Below, one piece after another: positions 1 to 9,961 of a stretch of 64,000 nucleotides of DNA. The notes below the pieces were generated by a model. It saw only the letters and a program-made list of their open reading frames with translations. It was not told where the DNA came from and did no database searches. Numbering within the stretch: the stretch's first letter is position 1; each line of letters starts with the position of its first letter. Source of the stretch: an uncultured Acidobacteriota bacterium (lineage in GTDB: Bacteria; Acidobacteriota; JAQAZP01); the NCBI GenBank assembly GCA_963836075.1, contig CAWIIB010000009.1, positions 2,432,001 to 2,496,000 on the forward strand, written 5' to 3'. The translations under genes and the position numbers were made by a program.

Positions 1-594
1 GATTTGCAGGAGCGGCGCAAGGAGAAGACCGAGGAGTTTCTGGTGGATCTCGGTCTGGCCCTGCTGCTGATCTTCGCGGTGATGGCCGGCCTCTTCGAGT
101 CGGTGCGCCAGGCCCTGGGCCTGATGGTCGCCCTGCCCTTTGCCGCGGCCGGCGCCTTCTGGACCCTCTACCTCACCGGCGTCGATTTCGACCAGCCGGC
201 GGCCATCGGCCTGCTGCTGCTCATCGGCGTGGTGGTGAACAACGGCATCGTGATGATCGAGCACATCAACATGTATCGCCGCCGGGGGATGCCGCGGTAC
301 GAGGCGATGATCCGCGGCGGCCGCGAGCGGCTGCGCCCGATCCTGATGACCGCCATCACCACCCTGGTGGGCCTGGTGCCCATCGTGGTGCAGAAGCCGG
401 CCCTGGCCGGGGTCTACTACTACTCCATGGCCCTGGTGATCATGGGCGGCCTGGTTGTCTCCACCTTCCTCACCTCGGTGCTGCTGCCCACCACCGCCTC
501 CCTGGCCGAGGACGGCTTCGCCCTCATGGGACGGGGCATCGCCCGCACCTGGCGCTTCATCACCTTCCAGGGCCGCAAAGCCCGGCAGGTGTAA
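1..594 (+). CDS. RND efflux transporter permease (AcrB/CusA family), C-terminal part; gene begins upstream of window
   Basis: Motifs 'GLLLLIGVVVNNGIVMIE' and 'RERLRPILMTAITTLVGLVP', plus the TM pattern typical of RND C-terminal helices. Confidence 0.9.
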   Translation, partial: DLQERRKEKTEEFLVDLGLALLLIFAVMAGLFESVRQALGLMVALPFAAAGAFWTLYLTGVDFDQPAAIGLLLLIGVVVNNGIVMIEHINMYRRRGMPRYEAMIRGGRERLRPILMTAITTLVGLVPIVVQKPALAGVYYYSMALVIMGGLVVSTFLTSVLLPTTASLAEDGFALMGRGIARTWRFITFQGRKARQV

Positions 595-606
595 ACCCCG
601 ACCATC

Positions 607-846
607 CTTCCTGCCTCTGCTGGTGCTGCAGGTGCCGCCGCCCGGGGTGCACATGGTTCGCTATTTCGGCCACCGTTCATTTCTTCGGCCCAGGACCAGA
701 TGATCCGCCGCATCCTCGAGCAACTTGGAATGTGCACAGTCGTCCCCCGGGCCCACGGGCCGCCGGAGTGGGCCGTGGAGTGCGGGCGGAATGATCGGAC
801 CGTGCCCTCCCGGGAAGACGAGGAGTATTCGCAGGCGCCGCTATAC
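607..846 (+). mobile_element. Internally deleted, diverged remnant of the IS91/ISCR-like element
   Basis: 607-666 matches transposase segment LLxLQVPPPGVHMVRYxGH (~37986-38052); 667-840 matches IRRILExLGxxTVVPRAHGPPxWAV...SQAP (~38233-38399); ends in ctatac (841-846) like the element's ori end. Confidence 0.85.
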
Positions 847-890
847 CAGAATATGGTATTATCATGAAGCCCAACTGCAGGGAGGCGATC

Positions 891-1145
891 ATGGCCAAGA
901 ACACATCATTCATTCTCGGTGAGCACTTTGACGCTTTTGTGGCAGAGCAGGTCAGCGCAGGTCGCTATGCCAACGCCACCGACGTGATCCGTTCGGGTCT
1001 GCGCTTGCTCGAGGAGCATGAGCAAAGGCTCGAGGTATTGCGCCAACTCCTTGTCGAAGGTGAGGAGAGCGGTGTTGCCGGCCCCCTGGATATGAAAAAG
1101 ATCAATAGGCAGGCGCGTGAAGAAGCGAGCAAAGTGCCGTCTTGA
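891..1145 (+). CDS. parD: Type II antitoxin, ParD family (ribbon-helix-helix)
   Basis: MAKNTSFILGEHFDAFVAEQVSAGRYANATDVIRSGLRLLEE...GEESG; GGAGG RBS at 881-885. Confidence 0.9.
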   Translation: MAKNTSFILGEHFDAFVAEQVSAGRYANATDVIRSGLRLLEEHEQRLEVLRQLLVEGEESGVAGPLDMKKINRQAREEASKVPS

Positions 1146-1396
1146 TCCGTACGTTGCTGATCAGCAAACGTGCCGAGAATGATCTGCGGGAAATCTGGCG
1201 GTGGAGCTTCGAGCAGTTCGGTGAGGCCCAGGCCGACCGATATCTAGATGAGCTCGATAGCGAGTTCCAGGCCCAGCCGCGCAGCCTGCCCTTGTGGACC
1301 GTGGAGGGGGAGAAGATCCCCCTGGCCTCATTGGCCGGGGACGGGTTGGACCGGCAAGCGGTCGGTCCCTGGATAGCGCTGGTACGGCGCACTTGA
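1142..1396 (+). pseudogene. parE: ParE family toxin, apparently truncated or chimeric after ~43 aa
   Basis: N-terminus 'LISKRAENDLREIWRWSFEQFGEAQADRYLDEL' is ParE-like and overlaps the parD stop; the rest lacks the usual ParE C-terminal half. Confidence 0.75.
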
Positions 1397-1641
1397 GGGG
1401 TTATCCGTGCCGGTGCTTCTTATGAACGGCCATCTGCCCCAAGCCATGGTGTTCCTCTATTCTCCCGAAACCTGGAATGTGAGCAATCCCCGTCATTATT
1501 GACCGGAGTCATGGTTTGGGGCGTGATTGCAGCTTGCCCTTACGGGTAATTATCTTTATGTTTTTATCGGTACATGTAATCGTCCATCCACTGACTCGAA
1601 GATATCTTGAGTCATTACGGTTTTCAAATGGGGGTAGTAAA

Positions 1642-3126
1642 GTGAGATCCATATCCAGTCTTTTCTTTGTGGCGTTCGTTCTTTGTATTTTGCCACTGAC
1701 GACAGCTGACGCACGGTTATTTGATTCCGGAGCGGAACATGGGGTCGGTGATAGTCCTCTGTCGGTCGCCACCGGCGACCTGAATGGCGACGGACACTCG
1801 GACCTGGCTGTGGCAAATCATTGGAGTGACGATGTTTCAGTGCTGCTGGGCAATGGAGACGGCACCTTTCAGACCACCGTGAATTATGAGGTCGGTCAAT
1901 CTGCCGCTCCCATTGCTCTTGCCATCGGCGACCTCGATGGCGACGGCAACCAGGACCTGGCTGTGGCGAATCGCAACAGCAACGATGTTTCGGTGCTGCT
2001 GGGCAATGGCGACGGCACCTTTCAGGTCGCAGTGGGTTACGGAGCCGGTGACTATCCTCGCTCTCTTGCCATCGGCGACCTCGATGGCGACGGCAACCAG
2101 GACCTGGCTGTGGCGAATCGTAACAGCGACGATGTTTCGGTGCTGCTGGGCAATGGAGACGGCACCTTCCAGAGCGCAGTGGATTACGGAGCCGGTTACA
2201 ATCCTCGTTCTGTCGCCATCGGCGACCTCGATGGTGACGGCAACCCGGACCTGGTGACGGCGAACTATTTCGGCGACAATGTTTCGGTGCTGCTCGGACT
2301 CGGTGATGGCACGTTTCCAGGCGTGGTGAATTTTGAGGCCGGTGACAATCCCGCATCGGTGGCCATCGAAGATTTTAATGGGGATGATCACCTGGACCTG
2401 GCGGTGGCGAATTTTGGTGATCCATTGATCAACAGCGATGTATCAGTGCTGCTGGGCAATGGAGACGGTACCATGCAGGCTGCTCTGAATTGCGGGATCG
2501 CCAAAGGCCCCCAATCGGTCGCCGTCGGCTATCTGGACAGCGACGACATACCTGACCTGGCCGTGCTGGATCAGGGCAGCCAGGACGTGGCGGTGCTGCT
2601 GGGCAATGGAGACGGCACCTTCGAGGTGGAGAAGTATTACCCAATCGGCAGACTTCCGTATTCTGTAGCTCTCGGTGACCTGAATGGCGACAGCCATCCG
2701 GACATCGTCGCAACGAACGGGTTTGGGGATACCGTCTCGGTACTGACCAGCAGGGTGGTAACGGTTTCGGCAAAGTTACGCTGCACGCCCTCTTCCGGCA
2801 CGGTGCCATTCAATCTCACGGTCACAGCGAAACTGAGTAATAGCAACATTGAATATATCCGGCGCGCGGCCGCCCACATCGATGTCCTCACCGCCAGTGG
2901 CCTGAGCATCCCCAACTGGAAAGCCGGCCAGACCTCCATCCGTCCCCAGGAAACGCTGAGCTTCAATATTCCCCTGGCCGTGCCGGCCTTCCAGACGTTA
3001 ATCGGAGACAACCGCCTCACCCTGGTATCCGAGGACATCACTCCTGCCCCATACAACCAGCCACCCTTCCCACCATCCGGCGATACCGACACGGACTCCC
3101 GCACGGTGACGGCTATCGCACCGTGA
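1642..3126 (+). CDS. Secreted FG-GAP/VCBS repeat beta-propeller protein with C-terminal CTD-A module
   Basis: GTG start gives signal peptide MRSISSLFFVAFVLCILPLTTADA; seven (G)DLxGDGxxDLxVAN...VSVLLGNGDGTF repeats; terminal EDITPAPYNQPP module. Confidence 0.88.
   Translation: MRSISSLFFVAFVLCILPLTTADARLFDSGAEHGVGDSPLSVATGDLNGDGHSDLAVANHWSDDVSVLLGNGDGTFQTTVNYEVGQSAAPIALAIGDLDGDGNQDLAVANRNSNDVSVLLGNGDGTFQVAVGYGAGDYPRSLAIGDLDGDGNQDLAVANRNSDDVSVLLGNGDGTFQSAVDYGAGYNPRSVAIGDLDGDGNPDLVTANYFGDNVSVLLGLGDGTFPGVVNFEAGDNPASVAIEDFNGDDHLDLAVANFGDPLINSDVSVLLGNGDGTMQAALNCGIAKGPQSVAVGYLDSDDIPDLAVLDQGSQDVAVLLGNGDGTFEVEKYYPIGRLPYSVALGDLNGDSHPDIVATNGFGDTVSVLTSRVVTVSAKLRCTPSSGTVPFNLTVTAKLSNSNIEYIRRAAAHIDVLTASGLSIPNWKAGQTSIRPQETLSFNIPLAVPAFQTLIGDNRLTLVSEDITPAPYNQPPFPPSGDTDTDSRTVTAIAP
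1768..2720 (+). repeat. Intragenic FG-GAP tandem repeats, ~147-bp period
   Basis: Near-identical units starting gccatcggcgacctcgatgg at 1921, 2068 and 2215. Confidence 0.9.
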
Positions 3127-3244
3127 GTTGAAGGTGGCCCGGGGGGGGCAGGTACGATCCAGCCGCGCCCTCCCCGTTGCAGCACTGCATCATCCCACGA
3201 CGATCTCCACCTTTTTCACTTCCGCACTCCTGCCCACCACCGCT

Positions 3245-3348
3245 ACCCTGGTGAGGACGTGACGCCTGCACCTTACAACCAGCCGCCGTATCCACCTTCC
3301 GGCTGGACGTGCACGAGCACCAACGTGGTCGTGGCCAATATTCCCTGA
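3245..3348 (+). pseudogene. Orphan 3' fragment of another CTD-A module
   Basis: 3253-3348 translates EDVTPAPYNQPPYPPSGWTCTSTNVVVANIP*; no start codon or upstream gene body of its own. Confidence 0.85.
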
Positions 3349-3485
3349 CCCTCTCGGGGACAGGCGGGCGGCCGCATCAGGGCGCTTGACCAGGGTATCG
3401 CTTTCTCCTAACCTTCACCGCAATACGCAGTTGGTCAGCTGGCGACAAGTTCGGAAATATCAATGTCTGAACAGAGTTCCGGTCA

Positions 3486-6400
3486 ATGAAGAAACAACTT
3501 CCAGCCACGTGCGCTCGCCGGGTTCTGGAGGTGCTTTGCCTGGCCAGCTATTTGCTCGGCCTGCTCTCCATTGTCACCAATGGCCTGGAGTTGAGTGTCG
3601 GTGGGGCGACACTCAGTATCCACAGTCCGGGTCGGCCGTTCATTCTGTCGATCATCTTCCTCGTCACCCGCCTGTGGATCGATCCACGGTTCAGGACGCG
3701 AATCAGGGAAAAAACAATCCGGGACCGGACAGCTGGAGGCCGTCAACATCCATGGACCGTCACCGCCGGCTTTCTGCTGCTGGCCGCCTTCCTGTTTTTC
3801 ATCTTTCAGGCCAGGTTCACTTCCGATGACTACTACTACTATGACTATCTACGCTCGCTGTTCTTCGATTCCGACCTGAGTTTCCTCAATGAACGGGCGA
3901 TCCATCACCCGTCATGGATCTGGATAACGGAAGGACAGTTGGTCCAGCCCACCGCCACCGGATACGTAAACAACGTGTTTGCCGCCGGGGCCAGTCTGCT
4001 CTGGCTGCCGTTTTTTCTGATCGGGCACGGATGCGCCATTCTCATCCAGGTGAACGGCGGCAAGCTGTTCCTCGATGGATATTCCGCCTCATATCTCTCC
4101 CTGCTCACTTGCGGCTCCATCGCCTACACCTTCTGCGGATTGATCCTGACTTATCGGATGTGCCGGGACCTGATCAGCGAGAAATGGGGATTTGCCGCCG
4201 TGCTGTTTATTTTTTTTGGCTCCCCACTGTTCTACTACACGTTCCATGATCCTTGCTTCAGTCACGGAATGTCCTTCTTTACTACCGCGCTCTTTATCAA
4301 TCTCTGGCTCAGGCAGCGCTCCCGCCCTGATCTGTGGGGCGCTGTTCTTCTCGGCCTGGCCGGAGGATTGATGACCCTCGTCCGCTGGCAAAACCTGTTG
4401 TTTTTTACCATCCCGGCACTGGACTGGTTGATGCTTGCCGGAAGTGAATTGAGGGACAGACGCAGTATGAAAAAGATCGTCAGAGCGACTTTTCATCAAC
4501 TCCTCTGTGCGCTTTTCGCCCTGATTGTCTTCCTGCCGCAGATGGTGATTTTCAAGATTCTTTCCGGGAGCTTTTTTGACCCGGGGAGCCGGGTGGCTCA
4601 CCATTTGACATCTCCAAAGGTTCTAAAAGTTCTTTTCTCCCCATGGCACGGACTCTTCAGCTGGTCACCGGTGCTCTTGATCGCCATGGTCGGGGTGGTC
4701 GCTCTGGCCTTCAAAAAACGCCGTCTCGGCACTCCGCTGCTTGTTGCGCTGTTCCTTCAGGTTTATATCAACGCCACGGTCACCGACTGGTGGGCCGGTG
4801 GCGGTTTCGGAATGCGACGGATGTGCGCCACGCTGCCCATATTCGCTCTCGGACTGACCCTGCTGCTCAAGGGTTTCGATTTCCGAAGACGACGCTGGGT
4901 CATGATCTGCGGCTGTCTGGCCGCAGTTGGCTGGAACTGTTTTCTGATCATTTTTCACCTGTCGGGGAGGGTGTTCACAACACCTGAAATCCATCTGGCC
5001 ATGTTCGCCCCTGAATTCTGGCCGCACTACGGTCAGTCAATACTCCGGATTTTCAGAACCGCGGCCTGTTCCTCCCCCTGGGCCTGGTCTTTCCTGCCGC
5101 TCTTCGTCGGAGTTCTGATTTTCCCCCTTCGCCTCATCTCAGGCGAGAAGAGACTGACCCGCAGCAGAACGAAAACGGCCATCACAATGGTGGCTGTGGT
5201 GGGCGCGGCACTTCTCACCCATCATCTGTGGTCCGCAGGGCACCGGGACAGGACAATCGAAGTACTGGAAATCGGCGACTCAGAACATTTCGGGAAACTG
5301 ATCCCATTCAAAATCGGAAGCCAGGCAGCATATCAAGGCGGGTACATGGAGTGGCGAGTAACGGATGAAGACCCGTTCCACGTCTTTTTAAGGGGAACTC
5401 CGTCACTGCCCATGGTCTCCATCATCTCCCATTGTGAATCGAAGACGGTTCTGGAAAAGGGCCGCACCTTGGCCACGGTCACCATCCTCGGCACGGGTGG
5501 AGAGAGAATTGTCTTTCCCCTGCGGCGGGGTTTTGAGACAGATTACTCCTGTGCGGAAAATTCTGGCCTCGGAGGTTCGCTACCCGCGGCTGCCTTGCCT
5601 GTACTCCAGACGAATAGCGAACAATGCAAGCAGGGCGCAATACGATTCGGCGCCCGGTTTCAGCTCCCGGCAGGGTTGGAATTAGGGAGTTTTTTCTTCG
5701 CCGGATCGGCGAACAATGCGGATGCTGCTCTCGTGCTGAGCGGCATCTGTTTTGAAGACCAGATGCAGGGGCACACTGTCGGCACTATGCACTACCCGGC
5801 CACTATTCACGTGCCCGCCGATCACCCAACGATCCAGGACGGAATAGACCGGGCCGTTCCCGGTGACACGGTGTTGGTCGCCGATGGAGTCTACGTGGGT
5901 GAGCGCAACAGAAACCTCGACGTGCGGGGGAAAGCAATCAGCATCGTTTCGGAGCATGGACCAGCCTCCTGCATCATTGATTGCCAGGGGCAGGGGCGAG
6001 GATTTCATTTCGACAGTAGCGAGGGTCGGGAGTCTCAGGTCCAAGGCTTCACCATCCGCGGGGGGAATCCCGATTCAGGAGAAGGCGGTGGGATTTACAT
6101 GCTGAAGGCCTCCCCCACGATCAAGGACTGTCTGATCCGCGGAAACCACGCCGAGACCTCTGGTGGCGGGATCTTCTGCTCCGCCTCCTCACCGCTGATC
6201 AGCGGCTGCCGAATCGAGGACAACCATGCAGGAACAAGCGGTGGCGGGCTCCTCTGCTCCCAATCCGCACCCAGAATAAGCGGCACGCTGTTCCGCAACA
6301 ACTCAGCGGAAAGTATCGGCGGTGCCGTGTTCTGTCTCAATAGCGCCCTGCCCTTGATCGAGGATAGCCGAGTGGAGCAGAACAGCGCCGGCGAGCAGGG

Positions 6401-7997
6401 AGGCGGCCTGGGCTGCACTGGAAGGAGCGCACCGATTCTCCGAAACACCCTGTTCCTGACCAACCGCGCGCCGAGGGGCGGGGCAGCGTACGGCTCCCGT
6501 TCATCCCTGTCCATCATCTCCTGCACGTTCAGCGAAAACCGGGCGGGGCGAGGCGGTGCGCTATTTTTCACCAGTGGTTCGTCACTCAGCATCGTCAGTT
6601 CCATTCTGTATGGCGACACGGCTGAGCAAGGGGCAGAGATCCTGATCGGAGGCTCCGGAGCGGCCAACCGATTGGCCATTTCCTATTCTGATCTGGAGGG
6701 AGGTCGACAGGCTGTTGCGCTCTCCCCGAATGACCACCTCGATTGGGGTCCGGGGATGATCGATGCCAGCCCTCTCTTTAGCAGGTGCTCCCTGGGAGAC
6801 CACTTTCTCGGCCAGAAAAGCTGCGGGCAGTTGGCGGACAGTCCCTGTCTCAACGGCGGCGATCCCACCGGGGAGCGGATTGAAGGGACGACCCGCAGCG
6901 ATCTTGTTCTGGACCATGGCCTGCCCGACCTGGGATATCACTACCCCCTGCGTCCCCGGCTGGTGCTCTCCCCAGGCCCGGGCAAGAACAATCCACCACT
7001 GATCCAGGTTCTTTCGCCAGCGGGCCGGTCGCTAGGTGAATTTATTGCCAGGGGAGGGGCGCAGTATGGGGCCAGGGTATCCTGCGGGGACATCAACGGC
7101 GATTTCGCGGACGAGATTCTGGTGGGTGCGGGAGCCGGCCCTTTCTGTCCCCCGCGCGTGCAGGGTTTCCGGATGGACGGCAGCGCACTGGCCGGGGTCG
7201 ATTTCCTCGCCTATTCGACTCGGAAACAGGGAGTCAATGTGGCCGCGGGAGACCTGGACGGCGACGGTGCCGCTGAAATCATCACCGGCCCTGGCCCCGG
7301 CTCAGCATTCGGCCCGCAGGTAAAGGTTTTCCATTATGGTTCGGATCATCGAATCAGGCTGCTGAACGGCAATGGCTTTTCCGCTTTCAACTACCAAGGC
7401 TGGGGTGTGAACGTGGCGGCCGGTGACCTGGATGGTGACGGTTTTGCTGAAATCGTCACCGGTTGCGGTCCCGGTCCGACCCATGAACCGGGTGTGCGCG
7501 GCTGGAATGTGGATGGCGACTCGGTGAGCGCCATGCCCGGCCTGACGTTCACTGCCTATGACACCCGGGAATACGGCGTTGTGGTGTGCTGTGGTGACCT
7601 GGATGGTGATGGTATCGATGAGATCATCACCGCTCCCGGCCCCAACGAGCGGCTGGGCTCCCATATCCGGGGGTGGAAGTATGACGGATCCACCGTGACC
7701 CCGCTTCCCGGTTTTAACTTTTTCGCCTGGCGATTCCCCAGGTTCAATTGCGGAGCCACCCTGCATTCCGGCACCGACCTGGATGGAGACGGCCGGGCGG
7801 AACTGGTCGTGGGAACCGGTCCGGCACCCGAGACGGAATCGCTGGTCAATATTTACAGCTATATCGGCACCACGGTGATTTTGCGCAGCTCTCTGGGCGA
7901 TTTCGCCAGGGGAATGACCCATGGAGTCAATGTTGCGGCCGGGATGGAGAATGTTATCGCGGGCGATGAGCGTTACGTGACCTCCCGCGGGCAGTAA
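3486..7997 (+). CDS. Fusion protein: multi-TM GT-C-like glycosyltransferase, right-handed beta-helix (pectin-lyase-like) domain, and C-terminal FG-GAP propeller (CTD-B)
   Basis: N-terminal half is hydrophobic with 'SDDYYYYDYLRSLFFDSDL' and 'WWAGGGFGMR'; from aa ~772 'ATIHVPADHPTIQDGID' plus GGGIxC repeats; C-terminal GVNVAAGDLDGDG repeats. Confidence 0.8.
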   Translation: MKKQLPATCARRVLEVLCLASYLLGLLSIVTNGLELSVGGATLSIHSPGRPFILSIIFLVTRLWIDPRFRTRIREKTIRDRTAGGRQHPWTVTAGFLLLAAFLFFIFQARFTSDDYYYYDYLRSLFFDSDLSFLNERAIHHPSWIWITEGQLVQPTATGYVNNVFAAGASLLWLPFFLIGHGCAILIQVNGGKLFLDGYSASYLSLLTCGSIAYTFCGLILTYRMCRDLISEKWGFAAVLFIFFGSPLFYYTFHDPCFSHGMSFFTTALFINLWLRQRSRPDLWGAVLLGLAGGLMTLVRWQNLLFFTIPALDWLMLAGSELRDRRSMKKIVRATFHQLLCALFALIVFLPQMVIFKILSGSFFDPGSRVAHHLTSPKVLKVLFSPWHGLFSWSPVLLIAMVGVVALAFKKRRLGTPLLVALFLQVYINATVTDWWAGGGFGMRRMCATLPIFALGLTLLLKGFDFRRRRWVMICGCLAAVGWNCFLIIFHLSGRVFTTPEIHLAMFAPEFWPHYGQSILRIFRTAACSSPWAWSFLPLFVGVLIFPLRLISGEKRLTRSRTKTAITMVAVVGAALLTHHLWSAGHRDRTIEVLEIGDSEHFGKLIPFKIGSQAAYQGGYMEWRVTDEDPFHVFLRGTPSLPMVSIISHCESKTVLEKGRTLATVTILGTGGERIVFPLRRGFETDYSCAENSGLGGSLPAAALPVLQTNSEQCKQGAIRFGARFQLPAGLELGSFFFAGSANNADAALVLSGICFEDQMQGHTVGTMHYPATIHVPADHPTIQDGIDRAVPGDTVLVADGVYVGERNRNLDVRGKAISIVSEHGPASCIIDCQGQGRGFHFDSSEGRESQVQGFTIRGGNPDSGEGGGIYMLKASPTIKDCLIRGNHAETSGGGIFCSASSPLISGCRIEDNHAGTSGGGLLCSQSAPRISGTLFRNNSAESIGGAVFCLNSALPLIEDSRVEQNSAGEQGGGLGCTGRSAPILRNTLFLTNRAPRGGAAYGSRSSLSIISCTFSENRAGRGGALFFTSGSSLSIVSSILYGDTAEQGAEILIGGSGAANRLAISYSDLEGGRQAVALSPNDHLDWGPGMIDASPLFSRCSLGDHFLGQKSCGQLADSPCLNGGDPTGERIEGTTRSDLVLDHGLPDLGYHYPLRPRLVLSPGPGKNNPPLIQVLSPAGRSLGEFIARGGAQYGARVSCGDINGDFADEILVGAGAGPFCPPRVQGFRMDGSALAGVDFLAYSTRKQGVNVAAGDLDGDGAAEIITGPGPGSAFGPQVKVFHYGSDHRIRLLNGNGFSAFNYQGWGVNVAAGDLDGDGFAEIVTGCGPGPTHEPGVRGWNVDGDSVSAMPGLTFTAYDTREYGVVVCCGDLDGDGIDEIITAPGPNERLGSHIRGWKYDGSTVTPLPGFNFFAWRFPRFNCGATLHSGTDLDGDGRAELVVGTGPAPETESLVNIYSYIGTTVILRSSLGDFARGMTHGVNVAAGMENVIAGDERYVTSRGQ

Positions 7998-8106
7998 AAC
8001 CTGGGACGGTGGTTTCCTCCGGCTGTTTTGTCCTGCCTGACGGATACCGCTACGTACCAGACACCGAGCCTGCGCTTAATGGCTCTGGAACCCGTGGGAG
8101 GAAGAG

Positions 8107-8331
8107 ATGAAGGCCAGACCGGTCCAGGATGCGGATATCGACACTCTGGTGGTGGAGTACCGAGGAAGCCCTCTCCAAGGCCGTGGACAAGGCCGACCTG
8201 GCCAAACGTCTTTGGAATCATGCCCGGTGAGCTTTTCCACCGATGTCAGTGGCAATGTGGTGCGCGTCCATTGGGCCTTCGATGGTGATATGACCCGGGC
8301 CTGCACTTTCCACTATGACTGTCCGGGTTAG
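8107..8331 (+). CDS. Small hypothetical protein or gene fragment
   Basis: 74-aa ORF with GGAGG-like RBS; no recognisable motif. Confidence 0.25.
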   Translation: MKARPVQDADIDTLVVEYRGSPLQGRGQGRPGQTSLESCPVSFSTDVSGNVVRVHWAFDGDMTRACTFHYDCPG

Positions 8332-8352
8332 AACGCCGGCCTGGTATCGGCT

Positions 8353-9576
8353 TTACTCTCCAGTCGCGGATGGTTTCTGACAGCTTTCCACAAGTTCGGC
8401 AGCCAGGGACTGTGCGATATGTTCGTGGGCCAGCTTAGAGTAATGTCCCTGCGGTCCGTTGAACAAGGTGACAAGATTTTCAGCGTTTACCTGTTCCAGG
8501 ATGCGGCGCTCCGGATGGACCACGCGGCAGGTATCCTCGATCTCGTCGAGCAGCGCCCGATAGGCGAGCGGGCGTCCTTTGCCCATGGTGGACAGATGGT
8601 CCAGCTTCGGCAGGTGGACAACCAGGAACTCAGCCCCGGTTGACTCCACGTCCATTCTGAATTCTTCAATAATCCGCAGCGCCAGTCTGGAAGGCTCTTT
8701 GTCAAGCGCATAAAAACGATACTCAGCCTGGCGGAAAATCAGCTGATCCAGCGCGCTTTTCAGCAGTGAGATGAATTTGCTGCGATACCAGATCCCCGGT
8801 TGATAGTCGCCCGGGTCGTAGAAGTACTCGTAATCCAGCAGGTCCCAGGATTCGATATTCTCCAGAACATTCACGATCTCGTCGGGAGGAATGGTGGGGA
8901 CGTTCACCAGTTTCAACCCGTCCCCATCCAGCTTAAACCTCGGTTTGGAGAAGCAGATTCCCGTGCCTCTGGTATAGACGACTCGCAGCACGTTGACGAT
9001 CCGTTTGACGTTCTCCGGTTGAAACCCAAAAATAACGAGATCCGGGTGAAACATTCGACCTTCTTCCCGCCATCGGAGATAAGCCTGGTCGATACCGTAA
9101 CCGCCAACCCCGAAGTTGAGTACTTCCACACCCGGGTTCTCTCCCCGCAGGATCTGCTGTAGGCGGTAACCCCAGGTGTTCTCGAGGGGCTCCTCGTAAC
9201 CAAGCGTGTAGGAATCCCCGAGGACGGCGATTCGAAAAACGTGCTCGGACGGATGGGAGGGGTAGTCCTGCGGCTCGGACCGCAGCCCGGCGGAATTGTA
9301 GGCATAGATGCCCGACCGGCTGTTCGGCCGGTATGTCCAGCCCAGAACCGGATGGTCCTGGAGCGTAATGCGGGTAGATGCGCTTTGGTATCGAGCAATA
9401 GCCGCCCGGGTCTCCTCGATGGGAATTCGGTATGGCCGCAAGGTTGTGGAGCGGAATACGAAATTGCCCGTCGGTCTCTGCTCGCCCAGAAGGCGCACCA
9501 GGAACTCAGCGACAGTGAAGCAGAGTAGCGTCGCCAGGGAAAATAGCAGTAGGCCTGATATCAGTTGTCTTCTCAT
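8353..9576 (-). CDS. Membrane-anchored SGNH/GDSL hydrolase family protein
   Basis: N-terminal TM, 'VLGDSYTLG' (block I), 'NFGVGGYGIDQ' (block II), C-terminal 'GHYS'; ATG at 9576 preferred over 9741. Confidence 0.85.
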   Translation of the reverse strand: MRRQLISGLLLFSLATLLCFTVAEFLVRLLGEQRPTGNFVFRSTTLRPYRIPIEETRAAIARYQSASTRITLQDHPVLGWTYRPNSRSGIYAYNSAGLRSEPQDYPSHPSEHVFRIAVLGDSYTLGYEEPLENTWGYRLQQILRGENPGVEVLNFGVGGYGIDQAYLRWREEGRMFHPDLVIFGFQPENVKRIVNVLRVVYTRGTGICFSKPRFKLDGDGLKLVNVPTIPPDEIVNVLENIESWDLLDYEYFYDPGDYQPGIWYRSKFISLLKSALDQLIFRQAEYRFYALDKEPSRLALRIIEEFRMDVESTGAEFLVVHLPKLDHLSTMGKGRPLAYRALLDEIEDTCRVVHPERRILEQVNAENLVTLFNGPQGHYSKLAHEHIAQSLAAELVESCQKPSATGE

Positions 9577-9961
9577 TACCGGATGCTTTTCAAAATCCGA
9601 GACGACCTGTCCGAATGTGCAAAAAGAGTATGAGAGCTGCGACCCCGGGTCAACCCATGGAGTGTATCGGTACGGCGCTCGCATCTGCCCTCCGGCCGGT
9701 TGAAGTTCCTCTGATCCGGGCGATGAATAATCCATTTTCACTTGCTCTTATTCCCTGTTAATCTTATATTAATTGCCATACAGGGCTTCAGCGCTGCGGT
9801 GATGCGTTGGGGCCGGACCTTTCGGCGTTGCCCCTCCACCTGGGACAATGCTCACCTGAAAGATCGAATTCACCGGAAAAAAGCAGTCTCCCCATCACCG
9901 TCAGTTCGTGGGGTATCTCTTTCCCGGCGTATGACAACCCTTCCCGGAGGTAATTCTGACC

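Noticed and set aside
3124-3180. Selenocysteine recoding of the TGA at 3124-3126
   Set aside because: The other two CTD-A genes also stop at AP-TGA, so this is the natural end; no convincing bacterial SECIS
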